From Malacoraja senta (taxonomy: Eukaryota): DNA of 64,000 bases. This document shows positions 11,701 to 23,648 of this stretch, piece after piece (the first letter of the stretch is position 1; the number at the start of each line of letters is the position of its first letter). The stretch covers positions 11,844,001-11,908,000 of the forward strand of contig CM075993.1 of NCBI GenBank assembly GCA_038087875.1, given 5' to 3'. Both the position numbers and the translations under genes were made by a program. A model generated the notes under the pieces. It was not told the origin of the DNA and did no database searches. It saw only the letters and a program-made list of their open reading frames with translations.

Positions 11701-12356
11701 AAAGCGAATGGTATGTTGACTTTCATAGCAAGAGGATTTGAGTATAGGAGCAGGGAGGTTCTACTGCAGTTGTACAGGGTCTTGGTGAGACCACACCTGG
11801 AGTATTGCGTACAGTTTTGGTCTCCAAATCTGAGGAAGGACATTATAGCCATAGAGGGAGTGCAGAGAAGGTTCACCAGACTGATTCCTGGGATGTCAGG
11901 ACTTTCATATGAAGAAAGACTGGATAGACTTGGCTTATACTCGCTAGAATTTAGGAGATTGAGAGGGGATCTTATAGAAACGTACAAAATTCTTATGGGG
12001 TTGGACAGGCTAGATGCAGGAAGATTGTTCCCGATGTTGGGGAAGTCCAGGACAAGGGGTCACAGCTTAAGGATAAGGGGGAAATCCTTTAAGACCGAGA
12101 TGAGGAAAAACTTTTTCAGACAGAGAGTGGTGAATCTCTGGAACTCTCTGCCACAGAGGGTAGTTGAGGCCAGTTCATTGGCTATATTTAAGAGGGAGTT
12201 AGATGTGGCCCTTGTGGCTAAGGGGATCAGGGGGTATGGAGAGAAGGCAGGTACGGGATACTGAGTTGGATGATCAACCATGATCATATTGAATGGCGGT
12301 GCAGGCTCGAAGGGCCGAATGGCCTACTCCTGCACCTATTTTCTATGTATCTATGT
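8763..12356 (+). mobile_element. CR1-clade LINE, young, 5'-truncated in ORF1
   Basis: ORF1 SGNH-esterase part (VVVHIGTNDIG..ISGLLPVPR..DGLNL). ORF2 has APE (LNARSIRNK, GITET, MGDFN, SDHN) and RT ([22 protein letters not shown]). One TAG at 9562-9564 replaces the W of ETW. CTATGT-type tail; candidate TSD aacaatg at 8756-8762 and 12357-12363. Confidence 0.95.
9655..12264 (+). CDS. CR1 ORF2 endonuclease/reverse transcriptase, open portion
   Basis: 869-aa ORF in frame with the upstream 9154-9564 ORF. Confidence 0.9.
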   Translation: MLVREEINAVERKDISLEDVESVWVELRNTKGQKTLVGVVYRPPSSSSEVGDGIKQEIRNACNKGKTVIMGDFNLHIDWVNQIGRGAEEEDFLECMRDSYLNQHVEEPTREQAILDWVLSNEEGLVSSLVVRAPLGKSDHNMVEFFIRMESDIVNSETTVLNLKKGNFEGMRRELAKIDWQLVLKGLTVHMQWKAFKDCMDELQKLFIPVWQKNKSGKVVHPWITREIRDSIKPKDDAYKLARKSSIPEDWEKFRDQQRRTKGLIRKGKIDYERKLAGNIKTDCKSFYRYVKRKILVKTNVGPLQSETGELIMGNKDMADQLNNYFGSVFTKEDINNLPEIAGGRGSKEMEELSEIQVSREVVLGKLNGLKADKSPGPDRLHPRVLKELAPEIVDGLVIIFQNSLDSGVVPEDWRVANVTPLFKKGGREKTGNYRPVSLTSVVGKLLEPLIKDGIAAHLESGEIIGQSQHGFTKGKSCLTNLIEFFEDVTSRVDRGKPVDVLYLDFQKAFDKVPHKRLGYKLKSHGIGGSVLMWIENWLANRKQRVGVNGSFSQWQAVTSGVPQGSVLGPKLFTIYINELDEGIESNISKFADDTKLGGSVSCEEDARRLQGDLDRLSEWANVWQMQYNVDKCEVIHFGGKNGKADYCLNGGRLGNGEMQRDLGVMVHQSLKVGMQVQQAVKKANGMLTFIARGFEYRSREVLLQLYRVLVRPHLEYCVQFWSPNLRKDIIAIEGVQRRFTRLIPGMSGLSYEERLDRLGLYSLEFRRLRGDLIETYKILMGLDRLDAGRLFPMLGKSRTRGHSLRIRGKSFKTEMRKNFFRQRVVNLWNSLPQRVVEASSLAIFKRELDVALVAKGIRGYGEKAGTGY

Positions 12357-12746
12357 AACAATGAAGAAATGTGTAGGAAGGAACTGCAGATGCTGGTTTA
12401 AACGGAAGATACTTACAAAATATTGGAGTAACTCAACGGGTCAGGCAGCAGCTCTGGAGAAAAGGAATATGTGATGTTTTGGGTGGAGAGTCAGGGAAAG
12501 GGGAAACGAGAGATATGGACGGTACTAAGGACAAATGAATGGAAGATATGCAAAATGTAACGATGATCAAGTAAAGATGGAGCCATTGTTGGCTGTGGGG
12601 TCGATGATAACGAGTTATACAGACAGTGAAACTCAACAGTACGATACTGAAACTAGTAGGGTGACTAAGATGGGGGAGGGACGGAGAGAGAGGGGATGGA
12701 AGGGTTACTTGAAGTTAGAGAAATCAATGAAGAAAAGCTCTATTAC

Positions 12747-12907
12747 CTGGAGAGGGGATCGGATGACAATACTTTTATCACCTTCCACGGCATCTATCTG
12801 GACCACAAGTGATACTGAATGCTCACTGTTGGGACAATGCACATTGTACAGACGCCGTCCCGGCATCGCCATCGGGATATTTGGCACTTCTGTGTAATTA
12901 CATGGCA
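12747..12907 (-). CDS. VPS13C: VPS13C exon (VPCNYTEVPNIPMAMPGRRLYNV...VQIDAVEGDKSIVIRSPLQ)
   Basis: PGRRLYNV and RSPLQ motifs; 161 bp, phase 1 to 0. Confidence 0.95.
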
Positions 12908-13065
12908 CTGCGGAAATAAAGTTGAGTTTTTGTTTCAGTTTCGTTTAATTTATTGTCATGTGTACCGAGGTACAGTGAAAAGCTTTTGTTGCCTGCTAAC
13001 CAGTCAGCAGAAAGACAATACAATGATTACAATCGAGTCATATACAGCGTATAGATACATGATAA

Positions 13066-13964
13066 AACTGGAGTGTGGCGGTGCCTAACGGCAGCGGCTC
13101 GACTGCAGTCCGTCTGTCTTTTTTCTATTTTGTCTCGTTAAATGTGTGTTTTTGATTCTAGTTTTTATTATTTTTTAGTTGTGTATATGTGGGGGGTGGG
13201 AAACCGTTTAATCTCTTCCCTGTACGGGGACCCGACTTTTCCCTGTCGGGTCTCCGGTGTCGTTGGGCCTAACATCGTGGAGCCGGCAGCGGACTCCGGC
13301 CGGAACCAGCCTCAAGGCTCCAGTCGTGGAGCCTGCGGACTCACCATCGCGGAGCTGGCCGACTTCGGAGTGGGGAGAGCTGTGGTGGCGCGCGGCTGCA
13401 ACCCGACATCGGAGTGGGGAGAGCTGTGGTGGCGCGCGGCTGCGACCCGATTTCGGAGCGGGGAGAGCTGTGGTGGCGCGCGGCTGCAACCCGACTTCGG
13501 AGCTTCGGAGGCTCCGGCCGCAGGCCCGGTGGACAGGAACATCGGGAGCTCGCTGGTCCCTGGCGTAAGACCGCTTTTTGGAGCTGCCGCAACGGCAACT
13601 TCTCCCGCCGGAATCGCGGGGTTTAAAGGACTTGGAGCGGGGCCTAACATCGCCCGGCGCGGCTTAAACGGCCGCGGGACTTACCATCGCCCGCCGTGGG
13701 CTTTAACATCATGAGCCCCAGTCGCCTCGACGCTGCAGTTGGACTGCTGGACCATCGCGAAGAAGAGCAAAGGGAAGAGATAAGACTTTTGTCTTCCATC
13801 ACAGTGAGGAGGTGTTGGAGATTCACTGTGATGGATGTTTGTGTAAATTGTGTTAAGTGTGTGTCTTGGTTTGTTTTGTAATGTAAAAGACTGTAGGAAT
13901 GAAATTTCGTTCAAACCTTGTCTGTTTGAATCACAATAAAAGGCATTCTATTCTATTCTATTCT
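13066..13964 (+). mobile_element. GC-rich non-autonomous retroelement with AATAAA and (ATTCT)n tail
   Basis: TSD atgataa at 13059-13065 and 13965-13971 inside a Rex1-like 3' UTR. Related minus-strand copies at about 46555-46920 and probably 40828-41500. Confidence 0.7.
13361..13502 (+). repeat. 44-bp tandem repeat, about 3.2 copies
   Basis: Unit gacttcggagtggggagagctgtggtggcgcgcggctgcaaccc. Confidence 0.92.
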
Positions 13965-14559
13965 ATGATAAGGGAATAATGTTTAGTGCAAGGTAAGGCC
14001 AGCAAAGTCCAAACAAGGATAGTCCGAGGGTCACCAAAGGAATTCCACAGATTCACAACTCTCAGGGTGGAAAATAGAATTAAATTAAATAGTATGAAAT
14101 TCTCCATATTGGCAGGAAAGTAAGTACATTGTCTAAACGGGAGAGATTACAGAGCTCCGAGATGAGGCATCTTGACGTTCCCATCTCAGGGTGCAGGCAT
14201 GCTGTGTAGCACTCAATGGGAAATTCTAACAAAACATGACTGCTCATTGTGAGAAGAGTTGCATACTAATAAAGCAAGGTTATATTCAGTAAATGCCAAT
14301 GATGAGATCACATCTGGAATACATTATTTGCCTCCATATTTAATGATGTTAATACACTGGAAGCAGTTCATGGACTGATTCTGGAATGGGCGGGTTATTT
14401 GATGTTATCTTTACAGACTGTACTTGTATCCACTGGGGTACAGAAGAATGAGAAGTTGTGTAGAAAGGAGCTGCAGATGCTGGTTTACATTAAAGATTGA
14501 CACAAAATGCTGGAATATCTCAGCAAGACTGGCAGCATCTATGGGTAGAAGCTATGGAT

Positions 14560-14587
14560 GACGTTTCAGGTCAAGACCCTTCTTCAG
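14560..14587 (-). ncRNA. Hammerhead ribozyme motif
   Basis: Reverse complement CTGAAGAAGGGTCTTGACCTGAAACGTC. Confidence 0.65.
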
Positions 14588-15746
14588 ACTGAGAGTGAGA
14601 ATTTTGGGATTTAAACGCAAGATTCTGGAGGGGTGCCGACATGGTTGATGGAAAGGATTCTTCTTCTGTTGGGAGAAATGAGTAGTTGTCAACACTTGAA
14701 AACAATTTTTCAAATAAATGTTTGAAATTATAGAAAGTTCAAAAGGAATTGCTCAAAAACAAAGGCATCCATTCTACTCATCATAAACAGACTGACCTTG
14801 GTGTTCATTTTCTTCTAGAAGCTATTTAGGAATGCTTTTCTGTAACGTATGACCATTCAGTGATATAATGCATTGGGGAGAACATGTTTGATCTCATTAA
14901 AAAAAGGATGTGCATGTTGGAATTAGTCACAAGAGGCTTGCTACACCGCTAACTTGAATGGATGGGATGTCAGGCAAGGAAAAATTGGACAGATCAGGTC
15001 TGTGTATCTTTTTTTAGTTTGGAGATACAACCCGGAAACAGGCCCTTCGGCCCGCCGAGACCACGCCGACCAGCGATCCCTGCACTGTTGGAGTTCCAAA
15101 GAGTGAGAGCGGAACTTGATTGATCCCAAGGGATCTTAATCGACCAAATGTGAAGTAATTTCTCTTGTAGGAGAAGCAAGAACTATTAAACAACATTTTT
15201 AAATAACTATATTTTTTAATATATGAGAACTTTTTTTGTCTGGTTGAAAGGCACAGCTAGGAAACAGGCCCTTCGGCCCACCGAGTCCATGCTGACAATG
15301 CCAACCATTGATCACCTGTTCACACAAACTCTGTGGTATCCCACTTTCGTATTCACCGCCAACATACATCAAGGAATATGGGGAAAAAGTAGGAATGGGG
15401 TACTGATTTTGGATGATCAGCCATGATCATTTTGAATGGCTCGAAGGGCCAAATGGCCTACCCCTGCACCTATTTTCTATGTTTCTATACCAGGGACAAT
15501 TTACAGAAACCCATCTACAAACCTGCACACCATTGGGATGTGGGAGTGAACCAGAGCACCCGGAGAAAACCAACGCGGTCATAGGGAGAATATGCAGACT
15601 GCACTTGAGGTCAGGATCAAACCCGGGTCTCTAGGCAGCAGCTCTACCAGCCTGTGTCTTAAATGGTGTAAAAGGTTTGAGAGGCCATGCTGACCTTTTC
15701 CAATCCTAATTTGAGTGCATGTACGTACTCTCAATGTCTAACTTAC

Positions 15747-16011
15747 CCACTGTCACAGTATAGAGGTTGCTCTCCTGCTTCTGTAACACAGAAAGCTTCC
15801 CTTCAGCTTTGGGTTGCACCAATGCATAATCCAGTTCCAGTACGTGCCCGACATCGAGACGATGCAGCTTCTGATCCGTGGTGGAACCAACAACCTGTAG
15901 ATTTGAGGTGTGATGCACATCAAGAGCAATGCCCAGGGCATTTTTGAAGGTGTATGGAACCTGATCCTTCAGTAGATAGTTAAACGTTGAATCTGTTCCT
16001 GCCGAAAATGC
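15747..16011 (-). CDS. VPS13C: VPS13C exon (AFSAGTDSTFNYLLKDQVPYTFKNALG...LELDY...QESNLYTVTV)
   Basis: Matches the VPS13C region leading into the VAB (SHR-BD) repeats; tttccacag acceptor, GTAAGT donor; 265 bp, phase 0 to 1. Confidence 0.95.
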
Positions 16012-16731
16012 CTGTGGAAAAGTCACAGATTTCATGCAAACATTTATCAAAGGCCAGAGAGAACTATTCTTTCCCAGCTTCATTCTCTGGGTTCCATCCA
16101 CGTTCTTGCCTCACAACAGCACCCATCACCGGATACTGACCGGATCACCAGAGATGCAGCTTATCTCCGTGGTTTTACCTGAGCACAGATATTCCTCTTC
16201 CTCACCCTCTCTACAGCTTCACACATCATTTCTCTCTTTTTCGGTTCAGACCGAGAGTTTTCAACCTGAAACATTAACTCTGCTTCTCTTTCCACAGATA
16301 CCACCTGACCTACTGATCATTTCCAGCTTTATCTGTTGTTGCCCGCAACAAGTTTACCACTGAACAAAAAAATTAACATGTCCATAAAGCTACACTGATT
16401 TCTGCTACTTAAACAGCAGCCAACAGATTGAGCACATCTTTTAATTGCTGCTGTGCACTATAATAGCTGCAAAACACAACACAATCAAATAAATGTGGAG
16501 GAAAGAACTGCAGAGGCTGGTTTAAATCGAAGGTAGACACAAAATGCTGGAGTAACTCAGCGGGTCAGGCAACATCAAATAAATGCGACTAAGGTGCTAT
16601 TGAAGTGTTAGAATCAGGGACGACTGCTGCATGCTGTATTCTACATCTGACCCAGTACTGTCTCAACAAATATGTAGAAATTTCAATTCAAAATCTCTTC
16701 AAAATCTTTTGTCTATATATAGGTAAAATCT

Positions 16732-18437
16732 CATAGAAACATAGAAAATAAGTGCAGGAGTAGGCCATTCGGCCCTTCGAGCCAGCACCGTCATACAATA
16801 TGATCATGGCTGATCATCCAAAATCAGTACCCCGTTCCGGCTTTCTTCCCATATCCCTTGATTCCGTTAGCCCTAAGAGCTATATCTAACTCTGTCTTGA
16901 AAACATCCAGTGAATTGGCCTCCACTGCCTTCTGTGGCAGAGAATTCCACAGATTCACAACTCTCTGGGTGAAAACGTTTTTTTCTCATCTCAGTCCTAA
17001 ATGGCCTACCCTTTATTATTAAACTGTGACCCCTGGTTCTGGACACCCCCAACATCGGGAACGTTTTTCCTGCATCTACCCTGTCCAATCCTTTAAGAAT
17101 ATGTTTCTATAAGATCCCCTCTCATCATTCTAAATTCCAGTGAATACAATACAACCCATTCTTTCATCACATGTCAGTCCCGCCATCCCGGGAATTAACC
17201 TGGTGAACCTATGCTGCACTCCCTCAATAGCAATAATGTCTTTCCTCAAATTAGGAGACCAAAATTGCACACAATACTCCAGGTGTGGTTTCACCAGGGC
17301 TGTGTACAAGTTCAGTAGGACCTCCTTGCTCCTAAACTCAAATCCTCTCGCAATGAAGGCCAACATGCCATTAGCTTTCTTCACTGCCTGCTGTATCTGC
17401 ATGCTTACTTACAGTGATTGATGTACAAGCACACCCAGGTCTCGTTGCACCTCCCCTTCCCCTAATCTGACGCCATTCAAATAATAATCTGCCTTCCTGT
17501 TTTTACCACCAAAGTGGATAACCTCACATTTATCCACACTATACTGCATCTGCCAAGTTCTGCCCATTCACCCAACCAATCCAAGTCACCCAGCAGCCTC
17601 ATTGCATCCTCCTCACAGCTCACACTGCCACCCAACTTTGTGTCATCTGCAAACTTAGAGATGCTACATTTAATTCCCTCGTCTAAATCGTTAATATATA
17701 TTGTAAACAACTGAGGTCCCAGCACCGAGCCTTGCAGCACCCCACTAGTCACTGCCTGCCATTCTGAAAAGGACCCTTTAATTCCTACTCTTTGCTTCCT
17801 GTCTGCCAACCAGTGCTCTACCCATGTCAATACCCTACCCCCAAAACCCTGTGCTCAAGTTTTGCACACTAATCTCTTGTGTGGGACCTTGTCTAAGGCT
17901 TTTTGAAAGTCCAGATACACCACATCCACGGGCTCAAAATCTATCCTCAACATCCATCCTCAAAAAATTCCCAAAATGATTAGTCAATCATGATTTCTCC
18001 TTCATAAACCCATGCTGACTTTGACCGATCCCATCACTGCTTTCCAAATGCGCTGCTATAACATCTTTAATAATTGACTCCAGTATCTTCCCCACTACCG
18101 ATGTAAGGCTAACTGGTCTATAATTCCCCATTTCCTCTCTCCCTACTTTCTTAAAAAGTGGAGTTACATTGACTACCCTCCAGTCCACAGGAACTGATCC
18201 AGAGTCGAGAGAACATTGGAAAATGATCACCAATGCATCCATGATTTCAAGGGCCACCTCCTTGAGTACTCTGGGATGCAGACCATCAGGCCCAGGGGAT
18301 TTATCTGCCTTCAGTCTAACAGTTTACCTTACACCATTTTCTCACTAATGTGGATTCTCTTCAGTTCCTCCCTCCCACTAGATCCTCGGTCCCCTAGTAT
18401 TTCCGGGAGATTGTTTGTGTCTTCCTTGGTGAAGACA
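16732..18437 (-). mobile_element. CR1 LINE 3' half
   Basis: NYRPVSLTS, FADDTKLGG and HLEYCVQFW motifs; microsatellite tail at 16732. Confidence 0.9.
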
Positions 18438-19360
18438 GATTAGCAAGTTTGCTGATGATACAAAAGTTCGTGATTTTGCAGATAGTGAAGATGGTTGTGA
18501 AAGATTGCAGCAGGATCTGGATCGATTGGCCAGGTGGGCGGAGGAATGGTTGATGGAAGTGACGGGATACAGAAAAGTGTGAGGTGTTGCATTTTGAGAC
18601 GTCAAACAAGGGCAGGACCTACAGTAAATGATAGGCCTCTGTGTAGTGTTGTAGAGCAGAGTGATCTAGGAGTACATGTGTATGGTTCCTTGAAGGTCGT
18701 GTCGCAGGTAGATAAGGGGTCAAAACGGCTTTTGGCACTTTGGCCTTCATCAGTCAGAGTATTGGGTATAGAATTTGGGATGTCATTGTTGCAGTTGTAT
18801 AAGACTTTGGTGAGACCGCATTTAGAATATTGTGTTCAGTTCTGGGCACCGTTATAAGAAAGATATTGTCAAGCTTGAAAGGGTTCAGAAATGATTTACG
18901 AGGATGTTGCCAGGACTAGAGGGTGTGAACTATAGGGAGAGGTTAAATAGGCTGGATCTCTATTCCATGGAGCGCAGGAGGATGAGGGGCGATCTTATAG
19001 AGGTGTACAAAATAATGTGAGGAATAGATCGGGCAGATGTACAGTCTTTTGCCCAGAGTAGGGGAATCGAGGACCAGAGGACATAGATTCAAGGTGAAGG
19101 GGAAAAGATTTAATAGGAATCCAAGGGGTAACGTTTTCACGCAAAGGTGGGTGTATGGAACGAGCTGCCAGAGGAGGTAGTTGAGGCTGGGGCTATCTCA
19201 TCGTTTAAGAAACAATTAGACAGGTACATGGATAGGACAGGTTTGGAGGGTTATGGACCAAGCGCAGGCAGGTGGGACTAGTGTAGCTGGGACATTGTTG
19301 GCCGGTGTGGGCGAGTTGGGCCGAAGGGCCTGTTTCCGCACTGCATCACTCTATGACTCT
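18438..19360 (+). mobile_element. CR1 (HER1-like) 3' fragment
   Basis: Runs from FADD to a 3' tail gggccgaagggcctgtttcc, which the V-SINEs share. Confidence 0.85.
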
Positions 19361-19559
19361 AACCAAATTACTCGTTTAACTGTTCTGCCATTTCATTGTT
19401 TCCCATTATAAATTATAATCATAGTCATATAGCATGGAAACAGACCCTTCAGCCCAACTTGCCCATGCTGACCAAGATGCCCGATCTACACAAGTCCCTC
19501 CTGCCTAGGGTTTGGCCCCTATCTCTTTAAGCCTTTTTTATCCATGCACCTGTCATACA

Positions 19560-22126
19560 GTCATAGAGTGATACAGTGCTGAAACAGGCCCTTCGGCCCA
19601 ACTCGCCCACACCGGCCAACAATGTCCCAGCTACACTAGTCCCACTTGCTTATGCTTGGTCCATATCCCTTCAAATCTGTCCTATCCATTTGCCTGTCTA
19701 TTTGTTTCTTGAACGATGGGATCGTCCCAGCCATAACTACTTCCTCTGGCAGCTTGTTCCATACACCCACCACCCTTTGTGTGAAAAACTTACCCCTCGG
19801 ATTCCTATTAAATCTTTTCCCCTTCACCTTGAACCTATGTCCTTGATTCCCCTACTCTGGGCAAAAGACTCTGTGCATCTACCTGATCTATTCCTCTCAT
19901 GATTTTGTACACCTCTATTAGATCACCCCTCATCCTCCTGCGCTCCAAGGAATAGAGACCCAGTCTACTCAATCTCTCACTATAGCTCACACCCTCTAGT
20001 CCTGGCACCATGCTAGTAAATCTTCTCTGAACCCTTTCAAGCTTGACAATATCTTTCCTATAAAATGGTGCTCAGATCTGAACACAATATTCTAACTGTG
20101 GTCTCACCAACGTCTTATACAACTGCAACATGACCTCCCATCTTCTATACTCAATACTCTGACTGATGAAGGCCAAAGTGCCAAAAGCCTTTTTGACCAC
20201 CTTATCTACCTGCGACTCAATCGACAATAGCAGGGCTTGAAATTAGCGGTTGCCATGGTGCCCCTGACCACTCAAAGCGCCACCGGGCAACCTAAATGCC
20301 GAGTCATTTTGCCCGGCTTGGCAACCAGATACTGGTTTGTACCGAAGATAGACACAAAAAACGATTGTCACTGCTACCGTTGACACGTTATTACAGAATT
20401 CATTTTAACGGCAAATCAATGCTCTTAATATGGAGTATCAGTACTGTAGTTATTTAATGAGCAACATCCACAACTATACGTTGGATTTATCCAGGTTTTA
20501 CTTCTACAGTCAATCATATACATCACAAATTTGGTCAGGAGATATTTCAGTTGAAATTTTAATGTTAATTCTGAAGTGGGAATGATGGAAACAGCGTTTA
20601 TCAATATATTTTTTTTAAATCTGGTGCTTACAAACTGGGTATCTTCATTGCTGTTCACAACACGTACATTTAATCTGAATGTCCGGTAATGTGGCGTCTT
20701 GACACCTTTAAATATATTACCAAAAGAACATTTGCCGCAGTTATGTCCTTTGGCCATCTCTTGTCAGCTAGTGTAATGTTTAACCTGTCAGATGGGTATA
20801 GTTGGTTTTAACAGCTATTATCATAAAATGCCTGTAGAAATGTCCTTGCAACCTGTATATTTTGTTGTGGATAAATTATGTGGGAAGCGAGAGTGTTTCA
20901 GTACTAATAGCAATAACGACCCATGCTATGGTAATTTTCGGTCCTTCACAGAAAACATGCTTGCATCAATCAATCTGTAGTGTGCATGGTTAAGCATATA
21001 TGTTACCATGGTCCAGGATTTATTGACACAGGTTGATCATATGCTGAATAATCCAACCACATAGCTGTTTGGAAGTGGAAAGAACTAATAGAAATTGCAT
21101 TAATTGCAATGTGTAAAAAGAGTTGAGATACTGTCTTATAATTTTGCTGCATGTCATTGTGGGATATATCATGTCTTGATTGGTGAATATGTTTAGTTTG
21201 TGACTTTATTTGAAGCAGAAATAATATGTGAATGCTTCATTGAGTATAATTCCGACTGGTAACTACGCACTTCGTCCGAGCACATTATCGTACGCCATCT
21301 TAAATGACCACCTAAACTGTCAGTTGGCAACCTAAAAAGCTACCAAGGTTGCCCGGCTGGCAACAGGGAAAAAAAGTTAAGCGAGAGCCCTGAATAGGTG
21401 CAGGAGTAGGCCATTCGGCCCTTCGAGCCAGCATTGCCATTCAATGTGATCATGGCTGATCATCCTTGTTGACTCAATCTTTAAGGAAACATGCACCTGT
21501 ACTCCTAGATCCCTCTGCTCTATAACATTACCCAGAGGCCTACCATTTACTGTGTAGGTCCTGCACTGGTTCGACGTCTCAAAATGCAACACCTCACACT
21601 TTTCTCTATTAAATTCCATCAACCATTCCTCCGCCCACTTGGCCAATCGATCCAGATCCTGCTGCAATCTTTCACAACCATCCTCGCAATCTGCAAAACC
21701 ACCAACTTTTGTATCATCAGCAAACTTGCTAATCTTGCCCTGTCGGTTCTCATCCAAATCATTGATGTAGATGACAAACAGTAACGGGCCCAGCACCGAA
21801 CCCTGAGGCACACCACTTGTCACAGGCCTCCAATCTGAGAAGCAACCTTCCACCATCACCCTCTGCTTCCTTCCATGGAGCCAATTTGCTATCCATTCAG
21901 CTATCTCTCCTTGGATCTCATGCGATCTAACCTTCCAGAGCAGCCTACCACGCAAAACCTTGTTGAACGCCATACTGAAGTCCATGTACACAACATCTAC
22001 AGCTCTGCCCTCTTCAACCTTTTTGGTCACGTCTTCAAAAAAGTCAATCAGACTTGTGAGACATGACCTCCCACGTACAAAAGCATGCTGACTATCCCTA
22101 ATCAGCCCTTGCCCATCCAAATGCAT
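19560..22126 (-). mobile_element. CR1 (HER1-like) 3' half, split by nested insertions at 20223-21470
   Basis: RT ORF 21377-22126; halves rejoin across TSD gactcaatc (20214-20222 and 21471-21479). Confidence 0.85.
20231..21392. mobile_element. Non-autonomous DNA transposon with CAGGGCT...AGCCCTG ends and a 5-bp TSD (possibly hAT-related)
   Basis: TSD aatag at 20226-20230 and 21393-21397; subterminal GGCAAC/GGTTGCC repeats; AT-rich interior. Confidence 0.72.
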
Positions 22127-22314
22127 CTGCAGTTCCTTGTGTCTCTCTATATTGATATTGCGGATTATATTGTGAAAAGGGATACTTGTTTTTAAACTGC
22201 ACTATGTACAAACATTGAGTTGCAAACTTTTCTCTGAGTTTGATTTGTTATAGCTAAACAGTTACAATGCTAAAAAAGGCATATAATAGTTGTGTTTTAA
22301 CCACATTATTTCAC

Positions 22315-22470
22315 CTTGGCCAAGATGTTCATAACGTTCATGCTGCATTTGGATACTGTGATATTCAGCACGTCCTTTGATGAAATGGTAATGGTAGTCT
22401 GTGGATCAGGGATGGGAAGGAAATCGTCACCCGGAATGAGAGCTTTGTCTGCTCTCGTGTTGGTCTTCAT
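22315..22470 (-). CDS. VPS13C: VPS13C exon (MKTNTRADKALIPGDDFLPIPDPQTTITISSKDVLNITVSKCSMNVMNILAK)
   Basis: Manual translation, not in the ORF track; PGDDF and NITxSK motifs; AG acceptor, GTGAA donor; 156 bp, phase 0 to 0. Confidence 0.93.
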
Positions 22471-22589
22471 CTAACCATGAAACAGAAATACACACAAATA
22501 ATCCAATGCGGCACATGAATTTTGGAATTATACTTTAAAAAAAAGTCATCCCAAAGTTTGCTTATAAAACCAGGAAGTACCAGGAAGGA

Positions 22590-22860
22590 GGCATGGTGGC
22601 GCAGAGCTAAAGTTGCGGGTTCAATCCTGACTACGGGTATTGTTTGTATGGAGTTGGTATGTTCTCCCCATGACCGGCACAGGTTTTCCCCGTGAGCTTT
22701 CTTTTTCCTCCCACACTCTAAAGACGTACAGGTTTGTAGGTTAATTGACTTGGTAAAATTGTAAACTGTCCCATGTGTGTTAATGTGCCTGGTCGCTGGT
22801 CGGCGCATACTCGGTGGGCCGACGGGCCTGTTTCCGCGCAGTATCTCTAAACTAAACTAA
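22590..22860 (+). mobile_element. V-SINE (HE1-like)
   Basis: Same consensus, diverged head. Confidence 0.8.
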
Positions 22861-23648
22861 AAATTTGAATCAATGCATCCTACACCCCTCATCATTCAGC
22901 CCATCAGCTGTCTCCCTCAGTAATAACTCAGCTCTGATTGATGTAAAATTAAATCCATTATAATCTAAACTTTGAGGTACCGAGATTCTTGGTTATAAAC
23001 TGGCATAAAAACTTAAATCTGAAGGATCAGAGCAATAAATTCAATTTCAAAAATACCAGAAGAGAAAAAGGTAAATCAATGTACTTGTGGGGGTTTCAAT
23101 AAAACAAAACAGTGGTGTTTTAACAGGACATAAATAGTATGAAATAATCATATTGAAAAAAATATACCCAGCACTGGATTAGGTTGTAAGATGTGCCCAT
23201 AATAAAATGCCCCACAATTATCACGTACATTTCTGACTAACTTCAACGTCAGCATAATAATTTAGGGTTTTTAAGGTTCTATTTCAAGCTCATTATCTCA
23301 GCCTTTCAAACCTGTCTTTTAAAAATGACATACAAGGTACTGTGCATTAGGTACCTTGTGACAAGAAACTAGTTTGTGCAGCAAAGCTTATCCTGATGAA
23401 ATGGTACGGACATTATCGCCATAGAATCTAAAGATCCTCTGCCTGCGTTTGTTTGTTTGTTTGTTCGTTGGTTCCAGTGAAGGCGCTGTGCCCACGGCAG
23501 CTGGGCAACAGTCGCCTGTCTTTTTCTTTTTTTTTTCACTTTTAATTTAATTTTAATTTCAGGTTTTCGTGTACCTTGTTGTGTGTTGTGTTGTGTTGGC
23601 AGACCAATTTCCCTCCGGGGTGAATAAAGTTCTATCGTATCGTATTAC

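Noticed and set aside
13361..13502. Regularly spaced repeats resembling a CRISPR array
   Set aside because: Head-to-tail 44-bp units with no unique spacers, in a eukaryotic context with no cas genes.
13142..13714. 190-aa GC-rich ORF and overlapping ORFs
   Set aside because: Open in several frames because of GC content and the tandem repeat; no recognisable domain.
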